This document shows, in pieces, positions 1 to 9,817 of a stretch of DNA of 64,000 nucleotides. Within the stretch, counting starts at the first letter, position 1, and each line of letters starts with the position of its first letter. Both the position numbers and the translations under genes were made by a program. Source of the DNA: Yuukianura sp. NJ FZ-2021 (lineage: Eukaryota); contig CM102290.1 of NCBI GenBank assembly GCA_046563655.1, forward strand, positions 3,844,001 through 3,908,000, in the 5' to 3' direction. The notes beneath the pieces are model-generated. The model made no database searches, had not been told where the DNA came from, and worked only from the letters and a program-made list of their open reading frames with translations.

Positions 1-3000
1 CATTATTCCACCGCTTACATTACAAATACCAAAGTAATTCCATTACTCAAAATTTGCCTTAATACCTGGCGTGCCAATTCATCAGCAAAAGCATCCAAAT
101 CCAAATCCTTCAATCTCTCCGGTGAAAGTAAAATCTCTTCCAGCGCCGTCGCTGGATTCGTATCTTCATCGTCTAAATCCAAAGCATCCACTGCCATTTT
201 GCGAGCCCATTCATACGTTTCTGGATGGACGCGAGAACTATCCAAAGCCTCAACATAGGCGTCCGTGCTGAAATAGATTAAAGCATCTCCATTTATAAAG
301 TTTTTCTAAACAATATTTTTCAAACTGAGATAAAAAAAAACATACCTATCGCCCAAAGCATTTGTGTCTATCTTGATAAATCCTGAACAATTGATAAATA
401 CTTTCGGCCCCATGTGACACAGTGTAATAAGTTGTGTTCTGTTTTCCAAGCGATGATTGTTTTGTTTCAATACCTGCCAAGTATTGCAAGTTATGATACA
501 AGTCTTGTGCTAAATACCAAAATATGCTTGTATTACTTTGAGTAGTTGCGTCGCTTTCCTTGGTCCAAGTCCACAAACAAATTGAAGAATATTGGCAGTA
601 TGAGGAAGAGCAATACAACGGTTGACATCCACTCCAACTTCGTTTACTCGATTGACAAATTCCAGTTGAAGGTATTCCAACAATTCTTCTCTTGGAACTT
701 GATCCTGAAAATGATTTCATAATTTCAGGAATTTCAAAAAAAAATTGCACTTGAAATTTTTTTGTGAAAATTTTTTGTCATACCTGTAGAGGATGATAGC
801 GGAGACACAGAATTTCGTCGTCGGCAGTGCATAGTTGAGAAAACTCGATCATAGCATCCTGTAACTTCCTTCCCAATGAAATCGCTTCTCGTAGTAAACT
901 AGGATATTCTCGAAAATCGTTCTAGAAAAAGTAATTAAACACCAATTAAATTAGCATTTAATAGTTCATAATGCAGTTTCAAAAAGCTTACCATTCCTTT
1001 GATTGAATTTGAATACACTTTGGATAACTGGTTGTCCAGAATTTCAACATTAATTATTGGAACTTTGTCTTCTTTGGCAATGTCCAGACATACAAACTTC
1101 ACATCATTTTGAATCATAATGGCATCCCGAGACTCTCCTCCAATCACAACTACATGCGGTTTCTTGAGCCGAATAAAATTCTTCAGTGCCACAAGGTCAG
1201 CCTCCTGAAAAACAAAAACAAAATCTTTAAGACTTTGATTAGAAAAACTCAAAAATTTAAAACTGCTCAGTTATATTACCTTTTCTATTCTATCCGATTC
1301 CCTGCCTGATTTGGTACTCTTTGTTATATTGGATAGACGTAAGTAATCAGACGGCTCTCCATCAACTCCAACAAAACATGCAAACGCAACTTGAGTCAAA
1401 TCCGGAACATAAGCAATTGCCAAGACCTTGATTCCTTTGGAAGTAATCCAATCTCCCTCTTCATCGTCTTCTGGAAGATCTGAAAATTCTGGATCATAAG
1501 GCTTAACCTATGGAAAAACCACATGTTATAAATTTCCGAACATTTCTTTATCAAATAACAAAATACCTCAAGCCATCCCCTTAGTTTAGCTGCCGCTGCT
1601 TCAAGAATATGATTTTTCGCTTGGGTCATTAATTTGACACGGAGTTCTTTCCTTAACGCTGGAAAAACATGTGTCTCCAGTGCTAATTCTATTGTTTCCC
1701 CACGGAGTTCATTCCAGAGTTGAACATTGGTCGTAAATTCATCCTAATAAGCATCGATCACAAACAAAAATAACGTTTATAACAATGAAAAGCAATTAAA
1801 CTTATGGACTTACCTTGTAATAAAGCTGCTTCACTTCATCAATATAGTTTCCCTGAGTTATGCCTTTGATAAACTCTGCAATTTTAACGTTGACAAGTCC
1901 ATCCTCCTCTGCAGTCGTAATTCGAAGAAACATGTCTCCACTGACCTCTCGCACCGGTTTTCCTTTTAGATATTTGACCCTGTCAAGGGCGAAATTCGGA
2001 TTTGAAAAAAAAATCTTTGTAAAAATTGATTTGATTTTGATAACATACGGATACAAAGGATGATTTTCATCAATTTCCTTGAGGCCTTTCTTAGTTGGCG
2101 TAACACTGATAGTAGCACGGTCAAACACCACTTCTCGAACTGCTTTTCTTAGTATTGGCTCTCGAGAAATTTGCATAGCCACCATATACTTCCCGGCCTT
2201 TATTACATCAGCGGCTGTCGGCAAACGTCTGTATCAGATTACAAAAATTAAACAAAAATCTGTCGATTTAGTCTTCTTTTTAAGAATTTATACTTACTTT
2301 GAGCAATAATCAGCGGCAGCTTCCAAAGGCTCAGCAGGATCCTGATCAACATCATTCTTCTGATAATTATCTCTTACATTTTCAGCAAACTTCTCTGGAG
2401 CTAGACCAAACTTTCTAGCAAATGAAGAAATTCCAATTCTCAAGCAAAGACCGTAGGTTCCACCCGTAACTTTTCGTTTCACGGCATTTGCTGGATCAGT
2501 CTCGTCGTCTCCATCGAGCAGTTCCGGATCCTCTTCCAGTGTAGTATCCAGCGTCGGATTCTCTGGATCCACTTCAGTCTGACGTGCTGTCCGAACACGT
2601 TCCTTTCGTTTCTTCACTTGATATTCACGCATGAGCGGTACATCTTTGTAATAGTACAAACTAAATTGCATGTAGGCGTCCTTAAGCTCCTCAGGAGTCT
2701 GAATCGTCTTGAGGTGTTCCATGTCTTTATCACTGATGATCCGCATGGTTTCTGGAATCGGGGCATTAGGATTACTCAAAATCAGGTTTGCCTGATACTC
2801 CCGCATCTTCTCAAAGAGAGCAGTGAGGTTGAGTTTCCTGGCTTTCAATTGACAGAATCTGCCATCCTCCCTGTAGATCGTCCAAAGATCATTGATGCTC
2901 AGTTCTGGCAGAACATACTCCTTGCGGTAGAAGGCGATGAATGGTACTTCAAGATTTTGATTTCGCATGAACTCCAGAGCTTTCCGTATCTTAGGGATGT

Positions 3001-5056
3001 ATCTGCTCTTGATTTCTTCAGCCGTTTGGTGCTGGAGAACTGGATTCGGGTGAAGTGAAGCAGGAACTACCGAGGTGCTCTTGTCCCAGTTATCATCGTC
3101 GAAGTTTGCAGTGCCAGCGGGTGGAGGAACAGTGGCTGGGGCTGCAGTAGGTGAACCTGGTTCGGGTTCTGGAGCATCCCAATCATCTGGATCATGAACC
3201 GCTGGAGCCTTCTTTTTGGCCGGAGCAGGAGGTGCTGGTGGTGGCATTGGTTGTGTGGCCATTGGCTGTGTCGGCGGGAGGTCCCAGTCCTCTTCATCGT
3301 CTGCTGCTGCTGGACGTGCGGCGGGTGCAGCAGCAGCAGGTTTTGGTGCTACGGGCTGCGGACGCGGAGGTGACGGAGCGGGAGCATCCCAATCATCTTC
3401 GTCAGCAGCCGCCGCCGGTTTGCTTGCGGTTGCAGTCGTTGTAGTTGGCGCCGGAGGATTGCGAGAGACTGGTTGTGTTGCATCTGCATCCCAATCGTCA
3501 CCGTCAGCGTCCCAGTTAGGCTCGGCTGCTGGTGCTGCAGTAGTAGAAGAAAAGTATTAGATTCAATTTCAACTTTTCTTACAAAAGACGAATTGAAAAA
3601 AAAAGTCTGACCTGACATCTCGACCGGTTCATGGTCATCTGAATTCCCATGCACATGTTCATGTTCAATAGGGTTTTGAAGAGTTTCTGGGCGATTCTTG
3701 AAGACTGTATCATAAATCCATTCCGCTTCTTCGTCCAATTCTTCGTCAGTAGCTGGCACAAGCGGAACAGTACGAAGTTGCATCCGTTCTGGTACATCTT
3801 GACTTCGAATTTTACTGTCTTCATCTGTAAACCCCGCTCTTTCCAACTCACTTGGCTCGTAAATTTCGTAAATTGATTTTGGTTTTCTTCTCTTCTTTGA
3901 AACCTTTTTAGTCGCCCTACGTTATTCAGTGGGAAAAGTTACAATGCTCTGAAACGACAAATTAAAGTTGATTAGCACTCACTTCTGATTCCGTTGATCC
4001 TCGTCCTCATATTCGTCCTCCTCTTCTTCTTCTTCTTCATCGTACTGGTCCTCATACTTTTCAAACTCATCATAATCAAAATCTACTCCAAATATATCTT
4101 GTGCTTCCTGTAACGTATGATCTGCGAAAATGGGTTTCCTCTTCTTTCGTTTATCTTTGAGAGGACGATCTTCGTCGTCAACAATGAAGCCGCCTTCTGA
4201 ATCGTCTCCTTCGGAATCCTCCGAAGCATCTTCCCTGTCAACTCGCCCGGAAGGTTGCTCCTCCTATTTAAGCATGTGTAAAGTTGAATATTAAGCTTAA
4301 CTACTATACAGTAAGTAAACCGACTTACGTTGTCGGAACCTTCGAATAGCTGACTAGGAGCAGCTTCACGGTCGTCTCCTCCATCTTGAGTTCCTTCATC
4401 GTCGGAATCTTCACCTTGGATGATTCGCCGTCGTTTCTAATTACCAAGTAATCAAAAGTTGAAAATCACTATAGAAAGTTTCACTATGAGTCAAACACTG
4501 AATCTACTAGTAGTTAACCTTTTGTATTTTCACTCCAAGATTTTCCTCAAGGAGGTCATAGTCTTCATCTTCCAGACGATCATCAAAATCTTCGTCATCT
4601 TCATCGTCACTTTTCTTTCTTTTTCTTGAACGATCTGATTCATTGTCACTATCTTCTTCAATTGGATTATCATCAATGAGGTCATTTACTTCCTCCCCAT
4701 CATCTGCAATCGAACATAAATAATTTCTAATCTCTCAGTAGACAAATATCACAAATACTATTCATGCAAGCATTAGCTATGGTACACCACTGGTATGTCC
4801 GATTTATGTGCTTAAATTAACAATCAAGTTTTAGCACTAAGGTAATCAATATTTCAATTCATACCTTCCTCCTCATCTTCATCACTCTCTACAATCTTCT
4901 TGACGTTTCTATGATGTGCAACAGGGACATCGTCCTACAAATGTTAACGACGCAATTACAATTAAGTACATGTACACCTTGACCTTATCCGGTTCAACTT
5001 ACATCCATTTGTTCGTCATCTGACTCCTCTGCTTCCGACTCCAGGAAGTCCGCCAT
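1..5056 (-). CDS. Spt6: Transcription elongation factor / histone chaperone Spt6, multi-exon, 3' part runs off the window
   Basis: ATG at 5056 gives [18 protein letters not shown] followed by a GTAAGT donor at 5002. Later exons give [74 protein letters not shown] and [20 protein letters not shown], all Spt6 signatures. Short GT-AG introns. Confidence 0.97.
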
Positions 5057-5704
5057 TACTACTGCCTACAAAGAGCCGAAGAACGATAACTAACCACCAC
5101 TAGTAACACTTAATGACGATCATCAATTAGTTATTTGGGCCAATGACCTCTCGTATTGAAAATCCTGCTAGGACATAGGAGGACTGTTTTCCAAATGTGG
5201 TGAATTCGGTTTTTTTTTTGTAACACCCGCGGCCGGACACAAGACTTCAAATTTAAAACTTTTTTGACTTTGACTTTGTTTCAAAATTATAAAACAGCGC
5301 CGTGAAATCAAATCCACAATTTGAAATTCCCGCTCTCTCAAAAGATCGTACCACTTTCCCCAAGTTAAAAAGAAATGCAGCAGAGGGGAGTGAGGAGATG
5401 GAGATGTTTTTTTTTCATTACTTTACGTGCTAATTAAATTACCTAACTATATTATATTAAATTTCGAATAACACATGTAACGTTATACAAGTTATGGTGT
5501 ATTTAATTAATTCTAATGCTTTTAATTACTTATCTACTAGTTTCGATAGTTGATTTTAGAGAACAAACCGCATAACACAAAGGTGTTGCTTTCTTCGGGC
5601 GTTTTTTCTATTTTTTTAAGTAAAAGTTTGTTTAGGTTTATTTTAGTTTCACAGTCACCTGCCAAAGGCAGGTTGAGAAAAGAAGAAGTAGGATTTATGT
5701 TAGA

Positions 5705-8700
5705 TTATAGTATGAATAACTCGTAGAGATCTTTTGCTGAGGGCAGGCTTCCCAAGATTGAGCAGGCGTTTCCGCGTTGAACAGCAAGGCTTATCCGTTG
5801 TAGCAAAAACGTTGTGGCTCGTTTATCGCCAGAGGCTTCTGACAGCCGATGTCCAATTTGTTTTAGTAGACGAAGGCCTTCGGATCCGAATACACCTGTA
5901 GTTTCGACTGCAATGATGGATACAATGAAGCGAGATTCTAGGTCCCGATAGAGTTGATGTTTGTGTGTCTCTGCCAATTCGGCTGCATGACCATAGTGGG
6001 ATGACGACGTCGTAAGGTAGGAATTTGCAAAGGTGTCACGGCAAGTAAAATCCCATGTGAGGCAGCGTCCAGAGCTCCAAGGAATGAGAGTTACACCGTC
6101 TGGCCGTTTACCATCTGATCTACAGCAACCGGCAGGTTCTTTAATTGATGGAAAGCCAGCGGTTTGCAATGATCTGAAGATTATGTCGTTGACAGAGTTG
6201 TGACGAGAGTGTCTTCCGGCGCTACGCTTACAGCTTAAGCCGTGGAGGCCGTTGCTTGACACCAGAGCACCACACGAGCATGTATGAGGTTGGCATATAT
6301 CAGCTCCTAGGCGAAGAGCACTAGAGATCCTAAAAGATTCGTCCGAAAGTAGAGTTCCAAGTTGTCCGGAGGGAATTGCGTGTAGCCAATCTCCTGAATG
6401 TGGTGCCGCGGCAGCCAGCAGTCTTGCTTTGTCGATAAGAGTTGAAGAGTTCTGAAGGAGAGAAGAAGAAATTTGCTTGAAGACTTGAATTTCCCAGAGG
6501 TTTTGTGATTTTACGTCCTGTGGAACAACGTAGCCCAATTGAGACCAGTTGAGCAACGCCAAATCCATTGAATTGTCGAATGGTGACAGGGAAGACGGAA
6601 GAAATGTAGAAATTAGCTCCGCACAGCTATGAACTGATGCCAAAAATGAGAATGTAGCGCAGTCCTTAGCGTGGCGAACTCCTAATCCGCCCAAGTTCAC
6701 CGGGAGACTTGACTGAGACCAAGCGTGTGAAGACAAAGTAGAGTTGAGAATCGATTCCATCACTGCACGTAGCGCACAATCGTATGCATCGAGAAGATCG
6801 GTTTCCAAGAACGAAGGAGCACATCGGAGGAAATATAGAAGTCTTGGGGTGGAAATTGAAGCTCGAAGTAGGTAGAACGCGATGTGGGCTGGTACATCCG
6901 ACAACTTGGATGAGAGTGACTTGAAACTCTCTGTTTTGCATTTGAGAATTCGACGAGACGATTCTTTGAAAAGAGGCGCTCCTAAAAGTTCAGCTTGATC
7001 AGGTTCAGGAAAGATGATGTCTGGAGAAACAGATTGGAATGATTGGACGATTGAGCGGGATTCATCTGCGTCTGCGCTTAGAATGATGACTTCACATTTC
7101 TTCGGGTTGAGTTCTAGTCCAAACGAAGAGGCTTCTCTTTGGATGTACTTGAGATTTTCGAGAACGACATCCGGAGTATCGGCAATCGTTGCGTCGTCCA
7201 AATACCAGATGTTGAAATCAGTGGTTAATGAAGAGGCCAATTGGTGAATGGTTAAAGCGAAAAGAGCAGGACCAAGGGGATCCCCCTGTTGCACTCCTAG
7301 TTTCGATTTGATGCAAGCAGAGTCGTAGTAGAGATCTGAATCGTGCGAATAAGCTTCAGAGACGAATTTGTAGAAGTCTGGAAGTATGGTCTTCACAATG
7401 TCCAGCATACGGTCTCTTCTAATTAAGTTGAAGGCATTGCGAAAGTCCATCTTGAGTAGAACCTTGGCAGAACCATGGTTGGCATTACAGAAGATTCTGG
7501 CAGCGTGGGCGACGGCTTCAGCACCATTCTTGATTCCAACGCCAACTTGGATCGGGCTTAAGGTTGAAGTAATGACATTCAACGAGTGAGATAGGATAAG
7601 TTTAGACACGAGGCGTCTCCAAGTAAGGCCGATTGCGATAGGACGAATACCTCCTTTCTTCTTTTGGATTGCTAATAGAGTTGCGCCAAAAAAAATTCGT
7701 CTCACTTCATCGGGAAGAGAACCATTTGTAATGAAGTTACACAATCCAGAAACTGATGCTAGAAGAGCTTCTCCTTCATCGCCTGAGGACTTTGAAGTTA
7801 GTTCCTTTAGAATCTGTGGACGAAAAGAGTCCAGGCCTCCGGCGGATCCATTTTGGAATGACGAGATGGCTTTGATGACGTGACAGTTTTCAAAGATAAC
7901 CTCAGATCTCGGAGGTGCGGCAGGAAACGAGGTTGGTAGTGGATGATCGGGATGCAATTGGTGGAGAATGTTCAAAGTATCAGAGTCTTTGGAGGCTATG
8001 CAATCTTCGGAGACCAGGATTCGAACTGCACCGCGTATATCCCCGTCGGCTAGTTTAGATTGAATGACCTTTGAGGAGTTACAGTGATGTGAGGACGGAT
8101 GATGGCCACGAGAGAATTGCTTGAATTGATGATGGGAGATGTTTGCAGGCGCCTCAGAAGTGATACGGCTAGCGTTTGTCTTCACCCATTTGGTTAGATT
8201 TGTGACAGCATCGTCTTTTGACGGAATGGGAAAAACTTGGTAGGGGAAGTAGAATAACTTTGCCCAAGAATCTGTAGAGTTGTGCTCGATTGCTTGGTCG
8301 ATGATGGTGGACAGGGCAGAGGCGGTCGTTCTTCTTGCTCCTTTTGGAATGTGTTTGAGTGTGGACGTAGATTTTCTTAAGTCAGCAAGCTTTAGCCCAA
8401 GAGAAGTTGTAGAGATATCTTCATTGGAAGGAGCGGACCAAGTGATGTCGAAGTAAGATTGTTGAGAATGTTTGCGTCCGCCGGCTCGTGTTTTGGTAAT
8501 GTTTGGAAAAGCTTTTAATAGTTTCAATCCAATTGTCGCGTCGGCTAAAGGTTTGATCTTCACATCAGAGCAAAAAGAATGGTATTTATCTTTTAGATCT
8601 TGTTTCTTGATCAAAGCTCCAGAAGCCTCCTGAATGTTGTTCTTGATCCAGTCGTCAGTTAGTTTAGAAATTTGTGATTTTGTTAAACACTTGGATGAGA

Positions 8701-9796
8701 AGCTGGAATCTGCTTCATTGGTAGCACGAACTGGTGAAAAGTTGGAAGCGTCATCATTAGTAGCACGAACTGATGAAAAGTTGGGAGCAGCTTCATTGGT
8801 AGCACGAGCTGATGAAAAGTTGGAAGAGTCTTCGTTGGCAGCGGTATCTGATGAAAAGTTGGAAGCGTCTTCATTTGTAGCACGAACTGATGAAAAGTTG
8901 GAAGCAGCTTCGTTGGTAGCACGAACTGATGGAAGTTTGGAAGCATCTTCATTGGTAGCACGAGCTGATGAAAAGTTGGAAGCGTTTTCATTTGTAGCAC
9001 GAACTGATGAAAAGTTGGAAGCAGCTTCGTTGGTAGCACGAACTGATGAAAAGTTACAAGAGTCTTCGTTGGCAGCAGTATCTGATGAAAAGTTGGAAGC
9101 GTCTTCATTTGTAGCACGAACTGATGAAAAGTTGGAAGCAGCTTCGTTGGTGGCACGAACTGATGAAAGTTTGGAAGCATCTTCATTGGTAGCACGAACT
9201 GATGAAAAGTTGGAAGCAGTTTCTTTGGTAGCACGAACTGATGAAAAGTTGGAAGCGTCTTCATTGATAGCAGGGACTGATGAAAAGTTGGGAGCGGCTT
9301 CATTGGTAACACGAACTGATGAAAAGTTGGAAGAGTCTTCGTTGGCAGCAGTATCTGATGAAAAGTTGGAAGCGTCTTCATTTGTAGCACGAACTGATGA
9401 AAAGTTGGAGGCAGCTTCGTTGGTGGCACGAACTGATGAAAGTTTGGAAGCATCTTCATTGGTAGCACGAACTGATGAAAAGTTGGAAGCAGTTTCTTTG
9501 GTAGCACGAACTGATGAAAAGTTGGAAGCGTCTTCATTGATAGCAGGGACTGATGAAAAGTTGGGAGCGGCTTCATTGGTAACACGAACTGATGAAAAGT
9601 CGGAAGAGGTTTTGCTGGCAGCAGGAACTGATGAAAGTTTGGAAGCATCTTCATTGGTAGCACGAACTGCTGAAAAGTGGGAAGCGTCTTTGTTGTTTGT
9701 TGAAGCAGAAGCACCGGAATCGAAGTGATTTGATGTAGTAGGAGTTGCCATGGAAATTGATTTCATTTTACTTCGATTTCTTAATTTTCGCTGCAT
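5705..9796 (-). CDS. Retrotransposon ORF (~1363 aa from first ATG): 13-aa repeats, RFX-like winged helix, reverse transcriptase, Zn knuckle, PD-(D/E)xK endonuclease
   Basis: RT motifs AGGLD, KKKGGIRPIAIG, QVGVG, DFRNAFN, GVQQGDPLGP, WYLDD, GLELNPKKC, LLGAP. C-terminal CSCG..HGLSC, RHSRHN, KRPDG..WDFT..E.HK and LQRISLAVQRGNA are typical of CRE-clade RLE elements. The reading frame stays open up to 9988 (TTG). Confidence 0.93.
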   Translation of the reverse strand: MQRKLRNRSKMKSISMATPTTSNHFDSGASASTNNKDASHFSAVRATNEDASKLSSVPAASKTSSDFSSVRVTNEAAPNFSSVPAINEDASNFSSVRATKETASNFSSVRATNEDASKLSSVRATNEAASNFSSVRATNEDASNFSSDTAANEDSSNFSSVRVTNEAAPNFSSVPAINEDASNFSSVRATKETASNFSSVRATNEDASKLSSVRATNEAASNFSSVRATNEDASNFSSDTAANEDSCNFSSVRATNEAASNFSSVRATNENASNFSSARATNEDASKLPSVRATNEAASNFSSVRATNEDASNFSSDTAANEDSSNFSSARATNEAAPNFSSVRATNDDASNFSPVRATNEADSSFSSKCLTKSQISKLTDDWIKNNIQEASGALIKKQDLKDKYHSFCSDVKIKPLADATIGLKLLKAFPNITKTRAGGRKHSQQSYFDITWSAPSNEDISTTSLGLKLADLRKSTSTLKHIPKGARRTTASALSTIIDQAIEHNSTDSWAKLFYFPYQVFPIPSKDDAVTNLTKWVKTNASRITSEAPANISHHQFKQFSRGHHPSSHHCNSSKVIQSKLADGDIRGAVRILVSEDCIASKDSDTLNILHQLHPDHPLPTSFPAAPPRSEVIFENCHVIKAISSFQNGSAGGLDSFRPQILKELTSKSSGDEGEALLASVSGLCNFITNGSLPDEVRRIFFGATLLAIQKKKGGIRPIAIGLTWRRLVSKLILSHSLNVITSTLSPIQVGVGIKNGAEAVAHAARIFCNANHGSAKVLLKMDFRNAFNLIRRDRMLDIVKTILPDFYKFVSEAYSHDSDLYYDSACIKSKLGVQQGDPLGPALFALTIHQLASSLTTDFNIWYLDDATIADTPDVVLENLKYIQREASSFGLELNPKKCEVIILSADADESRSIVQSFQSVSPDIIFPEPDQAELLGAPLFKESSRRILKCKTESFKSLSSKLSDVPAHIAFYLLRASISTPRLLYFLRCAPSFLETDLLDAYDCALRAVMESILNSTLSSHAWSQSSLPVNLGGLGVRHAKDCATFSFLASVHSCAELISTFLPSSLSPFDNSMDLALLNWSQLGYVVPQDVKSQNLWEIQVFKQISSSLLQNSSTLIDKARLLAAAAPHSGDWLHAIPSGQLGTLLSDESFRISSALRLGADICQPHTCSCGALVSSNGLHGLSCKRSAGRHSRHNSVNDIIFRSLQTAGFPSIKEPAGCCRSDGKRPDGVTLIPWSSGRCLTWDFTCRDTFANSYLTTSSSHYGHAAELAETHKHQLYRDLESRFIVSIIAVETTGVFGSEGLRLLKQIGHRLSEASGDKRATTFLLQRISLAVQRGNACSILGSLPSAKDLYELFIL
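8705..9679 (-). repeat. Coding minisatellite, 25 x 39 bp (consensus peptide NFSSVRATNEDAS)
   Basis: 25 units counted in the translation. Units 3-9 and 10-16 are near-identical, a 273-bp higher-order duplication. Confidence 0.97.
9744..9757. promoter_or_regulatory. RFX X-box-like motif 1 (ATTTCCATGGCAAC on minus strand)
   Basis: GTTGCCATGGAAAT on +. Its reverse complement fits the X-box consensus RYYNYY-WW-RRNRAC. Confidence 0.55.
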
Positions 9797-9803
9797 CGTA
9801 ATT

Positions 9804-9817
9804 GTTGCTATGGAGAT
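9804..9817. promoter_or_regulatory. RFX X-box-like motif 2 (ATCTCCATAGCAAC on minus strand)
   Basis: GTTGCTATGGAGAT on +. Fits the same consensus, 7 nt upstream of the ORF's first ATG and exactly 60 bp from motif 1. Confidence 0.55.

Noticed and set aside
3216..3560. Gly/Ala-rich plus-strand ORF
   Set aside because: It is the antisense shadow of the Pro/Ala-rich Spt6 insertion.
8705..9679. CRISPR-like appearance of the regular repeats
   Set aside because: The units are contiguous with no unique spacers, lie inside a eukaryotic ORF, and no cas genes are present.
8634..9728. 364-aa plus-strand ORF and 343-aa alternative minus-strand ORF
   Set aside because: Both coincide with the 39-bp array. 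A stop-free unit with length divisible by 3 opens several frames automatically.
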